DNA of 55,203 nucleotides, taken from NCBI GenBank assembly GCA_905236865.1, contig CAJOQX010000150.1, forward strand, positions 1 to 55,203, given 5' to 3'. This DNA is from Candidatus Rifleibacteriota bacterium. Lineage in GTDB: Bacteria; Muiribacteriota; Ozemobacteria; Ozemobacterales; Ozemobacteraceae. Each line of letters opens with the position of its first letter. Positions within the stretch are counted from its first letter, which is position 1. The position numbers were made by a program, and so were the translations under genes. The notes under the pieces are model-generated. The model was not told the DNA's origin and ran no database searches. It was given only the letters and a program-made list of their open reading frames with translations. Of the stretch, positions 46,449 to 55,189 are shown piece by piece.

Positions 46449-49400
46449 CTAAAGTAATTGATAAACTTTCATTGGTTTTGATTTCCCTTTAAGTTCAACT
46501 TCTCCATAATTATTAGTTTTAAAAGCATTGTTAATTAAATTAAAAAATGACTCTGAAATCAAACATCTATCTTTTTCCAATTTTTCAGCAAGATTTTCCA
46601 ATCTAGCTGTAATATTAACAGCATCTCCGATAACAGTGAAATCTCTTTTATTCCCAATTCCCAAAAATCCGTTAATCACATTACCAAAATTTATACCTAT
46701 AGCTATAGAAAAAGGAAGTTTGTCTGTGTTTTCTATTTCAATTAGACGTTTTGCTGCCATACAAGCAGTTTTTGCTACTAGCATTTCGTCTTTTTCTTTT
46801 TTTATTGGGAAGACAGCTAATATTCTTTCACCTATTATTTTATCTATTTCTCCGCCTTCTTCAATTATGATTTTAAAAATAGTCACGGTTTGTTTTCTTA
46901 GTTTTTCAAATATTTCTCTGTCTTTCATACTTCCATTATATGAGGAAATATTAGGTATACCAATATAAAGCATAACAGATTCAGACATATTAGATGAAGT
47001 TCCATCTCTTAAAATAAGTCTTTTTGCAGTATTAGACATCATTTTACTCATAGTTCTCTTTTCTTCAAGCCCTTTTACCATTTTATCAAAAGAAGAACAA
47101 ACAGCTCCAAGCTCATCTTTTCTATCAGAATTAATTCTATAAGCAAAATTTTCTTTATTAACTTCCCTGATACCATAGATTAAACTTTTAATAGGATTAA
47201 TAATATCGTTAGCAATGTTCCTTGTTGTAGCAATAATAATTATTAATGAAATTGCAAGTAAGACATAAAAGACAACAGAGAAGAGCGTTAGTTCTTTAGC
47301 TAAATCTTCCATTGGAAATGTAACTATGGTTAAAGAATTTTGATTATCTAAAGAACTTCTTCCTTCAACATAATATGAAAATTTATTGTCTAATTTACAA
47401 TAATCTGAAATTGGTAAATTGGTAGTAGCAATCCAAAAAGCATATTGTCCTAAAGGAATGCGCCAATAGTTGTTGTTTCTTTTATATATTTCTCCATATT
47501 TATTTTTTTCTATGAAATAAATTGAATATTTTGTGTTTATATTTTTTGAAAGATTAGAAAGATAATTAATGCAGTCAAAATCGATTACCCATATTATTAG
47601 AGTTTCTGGATTTTCTTCATTTGATAATAGAGAAAACATTAAACCCATTCTGTTGTTACCATAGTCAAAATAAATCGGCATATTAATGCCATTAACCATT
47701 TTTAAGAAAACTTCATCACCTAATACATCAACATTAATTCTATTTTTTTGTTTTATTTCATTATTTTCATCAAAATTATTATTATTCCTACAAAAGATAT
47801 ATTCAGAAAAATCTTTTAATATATAATTCAGTTTTTTATTTATTTTGTTATCTGAATTAATAATTCGGCTATCTTTTTCATCTAAACATATATTCCAACC
47901 ATTTTTGTCAAAAACGAAAATATTGTTTATTCTGAAATTTACAGGTTCTGTAGTGTTTATTTCCCAAGGTTTTCTTTCGTTTGCCCATAAAAGAATTAAG
48001 TTATGTATATTGTTTAATGCTTCAGATCTAGAATCTTCGGAAACTTCTTTAGAATTTATTGCTTTTATTAGGTCTTTAAGTTCTTCTGATTTATTTTTAT
48101 TATTAACATAGTTCCATATTAATGGAGTATAAAATTTGTCTTTTTTTTCAAACACGTCTGAAGAACGCAACATATCCATTTTACAAACAGAGCTTTTTAT
48201 AGAATGAAATTCATTTCTAAATAAACCAAAGACAAATGAAACAGCAATAACAGGAATTACGGCAACAACCAGTAAAGTCAACCATAATTTAGCCGAAATT
48301 GAACGATTTATACGAGATGTGCCTTTTGAAATTTTATATAAACTAATAAAAATAAAGATAATTATTATAGACACGCAAATTAAAGCATTTGTCGGATTGC
48401 CTTCGTTTAATTTGCATAATTTTGTTATATATAGTTCGTAAGGTTTGCCAGAAATATATTTTTCTCCACGGCAAGTTACACCAAGTATTTTATTTAAATA
48501 ATCGTTACCGATGTATTTTATATCATTTGCGTCAATAGTTGAGTTTTTGGTGGATTTCAGTATGTTATACCTAGCTAAATTCGGAATATTATCTGAAAAA
48601 TACCATTCGTTTGTTTCTTTATTTTTTAAGGAAACCCAACCTTCATTTTTTGAATAAGCACTCAATAATATTGGGATAGAGTCTCTAACTTGATTGGCTG
48701 GCATTGCAACAATAAAATAACCAATAAGTTTATTGCTATTATTTTTGAAATAATCTATCCAGTATATAAAATACTTTTTCCCTTTATAAAAACAATCTAA
48801 AGAATTATTTTTTGCATTATTCTTAAAAACATTTAATGTAAGCTTATTACCAAAAACATTAACAGAAGGTTCTCCATACTTTTCTTCTATGTATTTTTTT
48901 GAATCATTTTTAAACGAAATATAGTCTGATTCGCCTAAATAAAGTTTTTTAGATATTTTATCTATAGAATCTAAAGCTGTTATTATTTTAAAACTATTAA
49001 CAATGTTGTCTGTATCATTTTCAGAAAATCCTTTGTTCGCAATAGGTTTTAAAGCTATTTTATCAATGAAAGACTTATCGATGTTGTTTATTTCTCCAAA
49101 AGAATCAACTTTTATAAAAATAGAGTTAATTTCTGTATTTAAAAGACTTTTATCTGATATAACAATATCATTTATATAATTACTAATATTAATTTCGTTA
49201 AATTCTTTTTCTGTAGATTCATCTATTTTTTTCTGTAAAGATAAAGCGATTTGTCTAGCTTTTATATCAAAAGTTGTTTTTCCAGAATCATCACTAAGAA
49301 TTTGCTGTAAAAATCTATTGTTTTCAGTCGATAATGAAATTTTTTCTATATTATTGGCATTAGTGAAAACGAAATAGATACCAGAAATCATTATAATTGC

Positions 49401-52400
49401 AAGAATACAAACAAATGTTAGACCTGGAATAAATTTTCTTTTAAAAGAAAATTTCTCTTCTATTTCAAAAGTTTCAATGACATTTTTTTCGTGATTAGCT
49501 TTCTGAGAAGAATCGGTATTATCAATGTAATTGTTTTTGTCTAGTTCCTTTGTTTTATTAAGGAACAAATCAATGCCTTCATTATCTACTTTAAAACCTT
49601 CTATTGTGCCTTTTTGGTCTAATTCTGTAAATTTAATTTCGGGAAATATTTGGCTGAAAATATCTATAAATTTTTTGTCTACTACTAGTGGAAATTCTGG
49701 ATTGTGAATAGAATTGCTTTCTAATTTAGAAGCTTTTTCCAATACATCTCCTATAATTGCATAATCTAATCTGGTTTCTATGTTTCCAACAGTTCCTGAA
49801 GACATATTTCCATAGCAAAGTCCTATGCCAATTTTATAATTAAATAACCCATTATTTGTTCTTTCTGTATTAATTTCCTTCAAGCAATTAAACATTTCAA
49901 TAGCTGTTTTAAATGCTCTTTCAACAGAACTTCTGCCTAAATTATCGTTATCTGCAAAAACAACTTCAATAGCATCGCCTATATATTTATAAATTCTTCC
50001 GCCATTAGAAGATATGATTTTTGTCATTTTCGCAAAATGATTGTTTAGCAATTCTGTAATCTGGTCTGGATTATATGTTTCACACATTCCTGTGAAATTT
50101 CTTATATCTGAAACTAAAGCAGTTCCATAAAAAGTTTCTACATTTGAATAATCACTACTTATTTCATTTTTACTTAAAGCTTCTATAGCATGGTCTGAAA
50201 TTAATGTTGCAAGTTGGCTCCGCTCATATAGTTCTTTGGTCATATCGCTAAATTCGTGACACATCATGCCAAATTCATCTTTACTTTGACTTTTTATTTC
50301 TATATTGAAATTTCCATCTGAAATTTTGTCTAATAGTATTTTCAATCTTGTGATTGGTTTTAAAAATATTATTGAAGAATAGTATTCGCAGGAAATAAAA
50401 ATCATTAATGCTAGTATAATTACAGAAATACATATCCAAAATCTTTTAAAAACATCTAGATTTAAATTGTGATAAAAAACACCACCAACAATGATAGTAT
50501 CTTTGAATTTCTTTAAAGGAACAGCGACAATAAACATATTTTTATTCCTATTAGAAACGCTACTTTTTCTAAAATAGGCTTGTTTTATCAAATTAATACT
50601 AGAATCTTCAAATTCTTGTTTATGGCGTTCTCCTTCTACTGCCCATGGCTTAATACCTTGTGAATTAACTTTATATGCTGCAAAAGTAAAACTAGATTCA
50701 TTTATTCCGAAAAATCTCTCAGTGTCTTTATATGATTTCTCATCTAAATCATTTTCGTCAACATATAATAATAGTAAATAATCTTTATCCTTCAAAAGAA
50801 TGTTTTTTGTAAAGACAATTAAATTTTTATTGCCATATAATTTGTCTACAACATTATTGTCGTTTGAATGGTAAAAGTATGGTGATATCTTGTTACCAAG
50901 ATTAGCAAGACAATTTCCATTGTTGTCGTTTATAACAAAAGATTTTATGGGTAAAGAACGGCTTTCATTGTTTATTAAATTTAAAACAATAGAAAAAATG
51001 TTTAAAGCCTCATGCGATAAATTAGTAGAATCATGATTTAATGTTAAATCTAGTTTTTGTAAAGAATTAATTACAGAAGAATTTTTCTCTACTTCATCGA
51101 GAATATTTCTGTAATCATTTTGCAACTGCATTTTATGCTTATCAAATTCAGAAATACAAATTTTAAGCTTTGTTTGATATTTAGCTATTGAAGTATACTG
51201 GTATTCGTAAATATAGCCATAAGAAGCTATTATTAACAAACCTAAAGGTAGGCATGAAGCGAGAAAATATGTTGTTAAGAATCTAACTTTTAAGGAAGTG
51301 TGTATCCATTTTTTTAAGACAAAACCACGAAATAATAAAACTATTATAATAATAAAAACAAATACATCTAAAACTATTAACCAAATAGGAAAATTATTTT
51401 GAACTTTTGGAATAAATAATGCGGCAACATTGGTTTGATTAGGGTCGATATGAAAATAAGCATTATACTCATCTGAAAAATTATGATATTTTATACTGTT
51501 TATTTCTTTTTTTTGCCATTGAGACAATTCGTTAATATCTTTAGGAATTAAATTTTCTATTTTTTGAAATAATTCTGTGTTTTTAACTAATTCTTCACTA
51601 GCTGTAATGCCTTCATATCCTGAAAACAAAGGAATAAAAGCAGCGAATCTTTTTATATTATTATTTTTTTGATTTTCTTGAAACTCTTTAATGGCTATTT
51701 TTCGCCCTGATTCTTCTGTTTGTTTATTGTTGTCTACAAATATAAAATAGCCAAAAATATCTCCTGTTTCTTCTCTATTAAAATAATCCCATATAAAAAA
51801 ACTAGGTTTTTTATTGTAGGTTGAAAAAGATGTTTTCCCTCTTTGGCTTCTTGCAAAAATAAAAGATTCAGAGTTGTTTCCAAAAATATTGCCAGCTAGT
51901 TTTTCGTAAGCTTTTTTACTATCAGGTGAAAGATTATTCTCGTTATTTATTTTTACAAAATATTCAAAAGAAGCATTCAATGCGTCTTTATTATTTAATA
52001 TTTCATTGTTGGAATATATTATTTCTGTCTTATTTGTTTTTGAGTCAATTTTAAAGACAATCAAATCATGTTGCGGAAAAGGACTTCTAAATAAACTATC
52101 TGAACGATTTTTTATATAAGGAATCAAAGCGTTCTGTTGCTCTAGCCCATGAAAAAGACTGGTGTCTGACTTCAATAAATCACAGAATCTATTTGAAATA
52201 GTTAAAAGACAGTAAGAAAAATCAGACTTTGCCGATAAAAGTTCAATTTCTTGATTAGCGTTTTCTATTTGTTCTTGTTTCTGCCAAAAACTATCTATAG
52301 AAACAAAAAAAATCCATCCAATATTTATAAGAAGTAAAGGGAATAACCAAAGTACAATTGGAGTAACTTTATTTTGTTTTGTTTTGTTAATAGTCTGTTT

Positions 52401-52418
52401 TTCTTCACTTTGAGGCAT
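46449..52418 (-). CDS. Giant multi-pass membrane receptor with two HAMP plus class III cyclase modules (paralogue 3 of 3; 1989 aa)
   Basis: Collinear with paralogues 1 and 2. CHD1: ALVSDIRNFTG...GGRIYKYIGDAIEVVF...RLDYAIIGDVLEKASKLE. CHD2: VMLYIGIPNIS...GGEIDKIIGERILAVF...RDFTVIGDAVNITARLE...GEVELKGKSKPMKVY. Confidence 0.85.
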   Translation of the reverse strand: MPQSEEKQTINKTKQNKVTPIVLWLFPLLLINIGWIFFVSIDSFWQKQEQIENANQEIELLSAKSDFSYCLLTISNRFCDLLKSDTSLFHGLEQQNALIPYIKNRSDSLFRSPFPQHDLIVFKIDSKTNKTEIIYSNNEILNNKDALNASFEYFVKINNENNLSPDSKKAYEKLAGNIFGNNSESFIFARSQRGKTSFSTYNKKPSFFIWDYFNREETGDIFGYFIFVDNNKQTEESGRKIAIKEFQENQKNNNIKRFAAFIPLFSGYEGITASEELVKNTELFQKIENLIPKDINELSQWQKKEINSIKYHNFSDEYNAYFHIDPNQTNVAALFIPKVQNNFPIWLIVLDVFVFIIIIVLLFRGFVLKKWIHTSLKVRFLTTYFLASCLPLGLLIIASYGYIYEYQYTSIAKYQTKLKICISEFDKHKMQLQNDYRNILDEVEKNSSVINSLQKLDLTLNHDSTNLSHEALNIFSIVLNLINNESRSLPIKSFVINDNNGNCLANLGNKISPYFYHSNDNNVVDKLYGNKNLIVFTKNILLKDKDYLLLLYVDENDLDEKSYKDTERFFGINESSFTFAAYKVNSQGIKPWAVEGERHKQEFEDSSINLIKQAYFRKSSVSNRNKNMFIVAVPLKKFKDTIIVGGVFYHNLNLDVFKRFWICISVIILALMIFISCEYYSSIIFLKPITRLKILLDKISDGNFNIEIKSQSKDEFGMMCHEFSDMTKELYERSQLATLISDHAIEALSKNEISSDYSNVETFYGTALVSDIRNFTGMCETYNPDQITELLNNHFAKMTKIISSNGGRIYKYIGDAIEVVFADNDNLGRSSVERAFKTAIEMFNCLKEINTERTNNGLFNYKIGIGLCYGNMSSGTVGNIETRLDYAIIGDVLEKASKLESNSIHNPEFPLVVDKKFIDIFSQIFPEIKFTELDQKGTIEGFKVDNEGIDLFLNKTKELDKNNYIDNTDSSQKANHEKNVIETFEIEEKFSFKRKFIPGLTFVCILAIIMISGIYFVFTNANNIEKISLSTENNRFLQQILSDDSGKTTFDIKARQIALSLQKKIDESTEKEFNEINISNYINDIVISDKSLLNTEINSIFIKVDSFGEINNIDKSFIDKIALKPIANKGFSENDTDNIVNSFKIITALDSIDKISKKLYLGESDYISFKNDSKKYIEEKYGEPSVNVFGNKLTLNVFKNNAKNNSLDCFYKGKKYFIYWIDYFKNNSNKLIGYFIVAMPANQVRDSIPILLSAYSKNEGWVSLKNKETNEWYFSDNIPNLARYNILKSTKNSTIDANDIKYIGNDYLNKILGVTCRGEKYISGKPYELYITKLCKLNEGNPTNALICVSIIIIFIFISLYKISKGTSRINRSISAKLWLTLLVVAVIPVIAVSFVFGLFRNEFHSIKSSVCKMDMLRSSDVFEKKDKFYTPLIWNYVNNKNKSEELKDLIKAINSKEVSEDSRSEALNNIHNLILLWANERKPWEINTTEPVNFRINNIFVFDKNGWNICLDEKDSRIINSDNKINKKLNYILKDFSEYIFCRNNNNFDENNEIKQKNRINVDVLGDEVFLKMVNGINMPIYFDYGNNRMGLMFSLLSNEENPETLIIWVIDFDCINYLSNLSKNINTKYSIYFIEKNKYGEIYKRNNNYWRIPLGQYAFWIATTNLPISDYCKLDNKFSYYVEGRSSLDNQNSLTIVTFPMEDLAKELTLFSVVFYVLLAISLIIIIATTRNIANDIINPIKSLIYGIREVNKENFAYRINSDRKDELGAVCSSFDKMVKGLEEKRTMSKMMSNTAKRLILRDGTSSNMSESVMLYIGIPNISSYNGSMKDREIFEKLRKQTVTIFKIIIEEGGEIDKIIGERILAVFPIKKEKDEMLVAKTACMAAKRLIEIENTDKLPFSIAIGINFGNVINGFLGIGNKRDFTVIGDAVNITARLENLAEKLEKDRCLISESFFNLINNAFKTNNYGEVELKGKSKPMKVYQLL
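46452..47206 (-). other. Paralogue 3: HAMP-2 plus CHD2
   Basis: MLYIGIPNISSY is encoded at about 46950-46985 and DFTVIGDAVNITARL at 46599-46643. The HAMP domain starts at IINPIKSLIYG (47162-47206). Confidence 0.75.
49660..50370 (-). other. Paralogue 3: HAMP-1 plus CHD1
   Basis: VSDIRNFTG is encoded at about 50088-50116. The domain ends near NPEFPLVVDKK (about 49681-49705). The HAMP domain starts at LKPITRLK (50343-50366). Confidence 0.75.
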
Positions 52419-52514
52419 AGATTTTGTTTCCCTAAAAATGTTTAACTCTGTACAATTATTTTACCTCAAAGTTTACCTATATACTACAAAAAAAACTTAA
52501 TACTGTTCATATAG

Positions 52515-54848
52515 CTACTTTAAAGTAAAATTTTTGCCACCAGTAATTTTTATTGGGTTATTTTCATTATTTTTACATTTTATTGTGTCAGACCAAATAT
52601 AAATATTTCCCTCATTATCTAAAGCGGAAGAATATGTATAACCTGTATTATCAACTGTATCATTAGAATATGATTTGCCATTGGCAGAAATACTTATTAT
52701 GTTTTTCCCTTTTAGACCTTCAACAAGGTGTGGTGTAGCTTTTGCTGTTTCTCCACCCCAAGAATAAACTTCCCCATCATTAGTTAAAAAAAGAGTATGA
52801 TATTTGCCACATTTCATATCACGATATTTTTTTACAATGCATGGTTTTATTAAAGGAATTATAGTTTGTTTTTGCGGTGAGGTTTCTGGTGTGGCAGTTG
52901 CTAAACCAAGCTGATTATATCTATTGTTACCCCAGCCAACTAGACGAAATTCATTAGGAACAACACCTGTTTCAGGTGGTATATCAGAGGCTTTTGCTAC
53001 AATAGCTAACGAACATTTATTGCCTGCTTCAATAGCATAATAAGTTGGTGGCATATTATCATAAGCTTCTCCACCTCTCATATTAAATATCGAATTATTA
53101 AATCTGAATACCTGTCCATATACTTCGTCCTGTTTAAAAGCGTATTCTGGATCAACTTCTTCATCATCTGCTTTATTATAATTATTTTCTATATATGCAG
53201 TTAAACTAGCATCGGAAACTTTTTTGGGGTTAATTCCCCAAATGAAATCTTCGTTTTTGAACGGAATCCAATTTTCTGGATTATTTGGATTAGCTGTAGT
53301 ATATTCTATCTCTATACGATAAGTTCCAGGTGCAACAGTCTCCTCACTAGTGACTCCCGCAAAAAATTCAACTTTAAACATATTATGAATTGGAGCAATG
53401 GTCGAGGAATGATCGATTTTTCTTATGTTATTCTTATTTCTATTCTGGTCAAAAAAAGTATATGATGCTACGTTTTCTTCACCGCTTTCATTTATAAATT
53501 TACATCTGGTATAAAAGGGTTGAGTATCAATAGTTTTATTAAGAAGAAAAGTCAAAGCATTTATTTCTTGAGGTTCAGTTATTGTTATATAAGTTTTTAG
53601 TTTGTCGCCTGCTTGTTTGTGTAAATACAAATTATCACGACATAGAACGCAGGTACAACTTTTATCTCCAGCACCTTTATGATATTCTTTTTCCCCATCA
53701 TTGTGGGGATTTTCTACATAACAAGCCGATGTTTCGGTTGGTAGATTATATGTTCTTTTATAAAAGTCAGCAATAATATCTTGAGAACCGCTTAAATAAG
53801 ATACAGAACCAGACGTTGCAGTATCTGGATTGATTAATGATGTTTCTATTTCTATTGGTATATCTATATCCTCTTCATTTAAAGAATATTTTATTTGTTT
53901 TTCTGAATTCTTTCCCCAACCGAAAAGCTTATAGCCTTTTGAGGTGTCGGTAGCAATTTTGGGTTTAAGAAATAATCCATGATCTAATCCAAAAGAAAAA
54001 TCGGTAAAATCTATCTGTTCATCAGGATTGGAATTGGGGTAGATAAGTCCTTTGTTTTTTGTATTAATTCTTGGATGGTTATCTTCAGATTTTGTTATAT
54101 AAGTATAATCGTAATCAGATTTATTATCAAATCCTGATTTTCCTATCGCATATACATTATTTACTACCTCACCTTTTTCATATTTTGTCGTAGTTTTATA
54201 AATTAAAGGATAAGCTTCTAGTGAAGTAGTTAAAACAACAGGATTACCATCTGTGTCGGATACAATCTGCCAATATTTTTCGTTTTTTATCCTGTTATTT
54301 TGTTTATCATAAATATAGTTACCTGAAATTTGTTCCCACCCAGTCTTATCTTTATATTTAAAAAGATTTCCATTTCTATCTAAAACAAAAGTTGATTCGT
54401 TTATGCTTGCAATTTCTGGTTTTATATAAATATAGGATAAACTTGATAAATCAATATCACTACTACTCGTTCCAACAGCTACAGCATAAAAGTTTTTATA
54501 CAAAAAAGAATTGTAGTGTTTAATTTTAGCTATTGCTTGATAATTGTTTGCATATTTGAAAAAAATGTCATCTGTTGGCTCAAAAAAGATAGTATTGTTG
54601 CTACCTAGCCCTTTTTTTAAAAATTCTTTATAGGCTTTTTTTACATAGTTATAAGCAACTCCTTCGACTGCCCATGTTATTTTGTTTGCCTCATCATATC
54701 TCTGCATTATCTTGGAAGAATCTTCTGAATCTTCATATAAAAGAGGAAACAACCCCCCAATAATTGATATTCCTGCCAAAATAATAATAAGTATTGATCC
54801 TTGCTTTTTGTTACAACTAGAAGTTAAAGCTGTTTTATTTGTTTTCAT
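52515..54848 (-). CDS. Membrane-anchored extracytoplasmic protein with RCC1-like beta-propeller repeats and a Cys-rich insert
   Basis: 777 aa with an N-terminal anchor (GSILIIILAGISIIGGLFPLL). RCC1-type blades: YKLFGWGKNSEKQI, FRLVGWGNNRYNQLGL, KCGKYHTLFLTNDGEVYSWGG and ALDNEGNIYIWS. Cys cluster: CYVENPHNDGEKEYHKGAGDKSCTCVLC. It sits on the same strand, 96 nt upstream of cyclase paralogue 3. Confidence 0.7.
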   Translation of the reverse strand: MKTNKTALTSSCNKKQGSILIIILAGISIIGGLFPLLYEDSEDSSKIMQRYDEANKITWAVEGVAYNYVKKAYKEFLKKGLGSNNTIFFEPTDDIFFKYANNYQAIAKIKHYNSFLYKNFYAVAVGTSSSDIDLSSLSYIYIKPEIASINESTFVLDRNGNLFKYKDKTGWEQISGNYIYDKQNNRIKNEKYWQIVSDTDGNPVVLTTSLEAYPLIYKTTTKYEKGEVVNNVYAIGKSGFDNKSDYDYTYITKSEDNHPRINTKNKGLIYPNSNPDEQIDFTDFSFGLDHGLFLKPKIATDTSKGYKLFGWGKNSEKQIKYSLNEEDIDIPIEIETSLINPDTATSGSVSYLSGSQDIIADFYKRTYNLPTETSACYVENPHNDGEKEYHKGAGDKSCTCVLCRDNLYLHKQAGDKLKTYITITEPQEINALTFLLNKTIDTQPFYTRCKFINESGEENVASYTFFDQNRNKNNIRKIDHSSTIAPIHNMFKVEFFAGVTSEETVAPGTYRIEIEYTTANPNNPENWIPFKNEDFIWGINPKKVSDASLTAYIENNYNKADDEEVDPEYAFKQDEVYGQVFRFNNSIFNMRGGEAYDNMPPTYYAIEAGNKCSLAIVAKASDIPPETGVVPNEFRLVGWGNNRYNQLGLATATPETSPQKQTIIPLIKPCIVKKYRDMKCGKYHTLFLTNDGEVYSWGGETAKATPHLVEGLKGKNIISISANGKSYSNDTVDNTGYTYSSALDNEGNIYIWSDTIKCKNNENNPIKITGGKNFTLK

Positions 54849-54889
54849 ATCTTCTAACTCTGTTCATTTTTATTTTATATTTATTTGGA

Positions 54890-54918
54890 ATTATAACATA
54901 AACTAGTTGTCTTTTCGA
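54890..54918 (-). promoter_or_regulatory. Putative extended -10 promoter for the RCC1-like/cyclase gene block
   Basis: On the minus strand: TCGAAA (plus 54913-54918), 17-nt spacer, TGTTATAAT (plus 54890-54898), about 40 nt upstream of the ATG at 54848. Confidence 0.3.
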
Positions 54919-55016
54919 TAAATTCTTTTAATTAGCTATTAAAGCTTAGCTATTTAAGAGAATTCAAAGTTTTTTTTGATGATTAAAAATTGTAAAAAAA
55001 ATAATAAAAAAATATG

Positions 55017-55045
55017 TTGACTATTAAAACTCTTTTTGATATTAT
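55017..55045 (+). promoter_or_regulatory. Near-consensus sigma70 promoter for tRNA-Pro
   Basis: TTGACT (55017-55022), 17-nt spacer, TATTAT (55040-55045). This leaves a leader of about 65 nt containing a hairpin at 55073-55097. Confidence 0.55.
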
Positions 55046-55116
55046 CTGTATTCGTCACGAGGTGATGGCAAACTTAATCGGGTCAAGCCCCGTTAAGTCT
55101 GATAACCTTAAGACAA

Positions 55117-55189
<73 letters not shown>

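Noticed and set aside
46528-46968. Antisense or alternative-frame ORFs inside long genes: 1015-1263, 2215-2397, 3124-3561, 8491-8868, 13121-13378, 13404-13718, 14493-14777, 15497-15826, 19093-19416, 20798-21127, 27416-27670, 27924-28178, 32216-32614, 35905-36613, 38303-38653, 40175-40450, 44574-45064, 46528-46968, 47845-48111, 53582-53776
   Set aside because: Each is fully contained in, and antisense to, a much longer ORF with clear homology motifs. They show the Ser/Leu/Phe/Ile-rich composition typical of the reverse complement of AT-rich coding sequence. None has an identifiable RBS or domain.
33886-52418. Possibility that the cyclase genes form a Pycsar/CBASS-like cyclic-nucleotide antiphage defence system
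   Set aside because: Pycsar and CBASS cyclases are small cytosolic enzymes encoded next to a dedicated effector (TM, TIR, nuclease or phospholipase) that carries a nucleotide sensor. Here the cyclases are ~2,000-aa multi-pass receptors with HAMP domains and large ectodomains. No effector gene is adjacent, and the only cNMP-binding protein is 11 kb away, coupled to pilT. Environmental signal transduction is the better reading.
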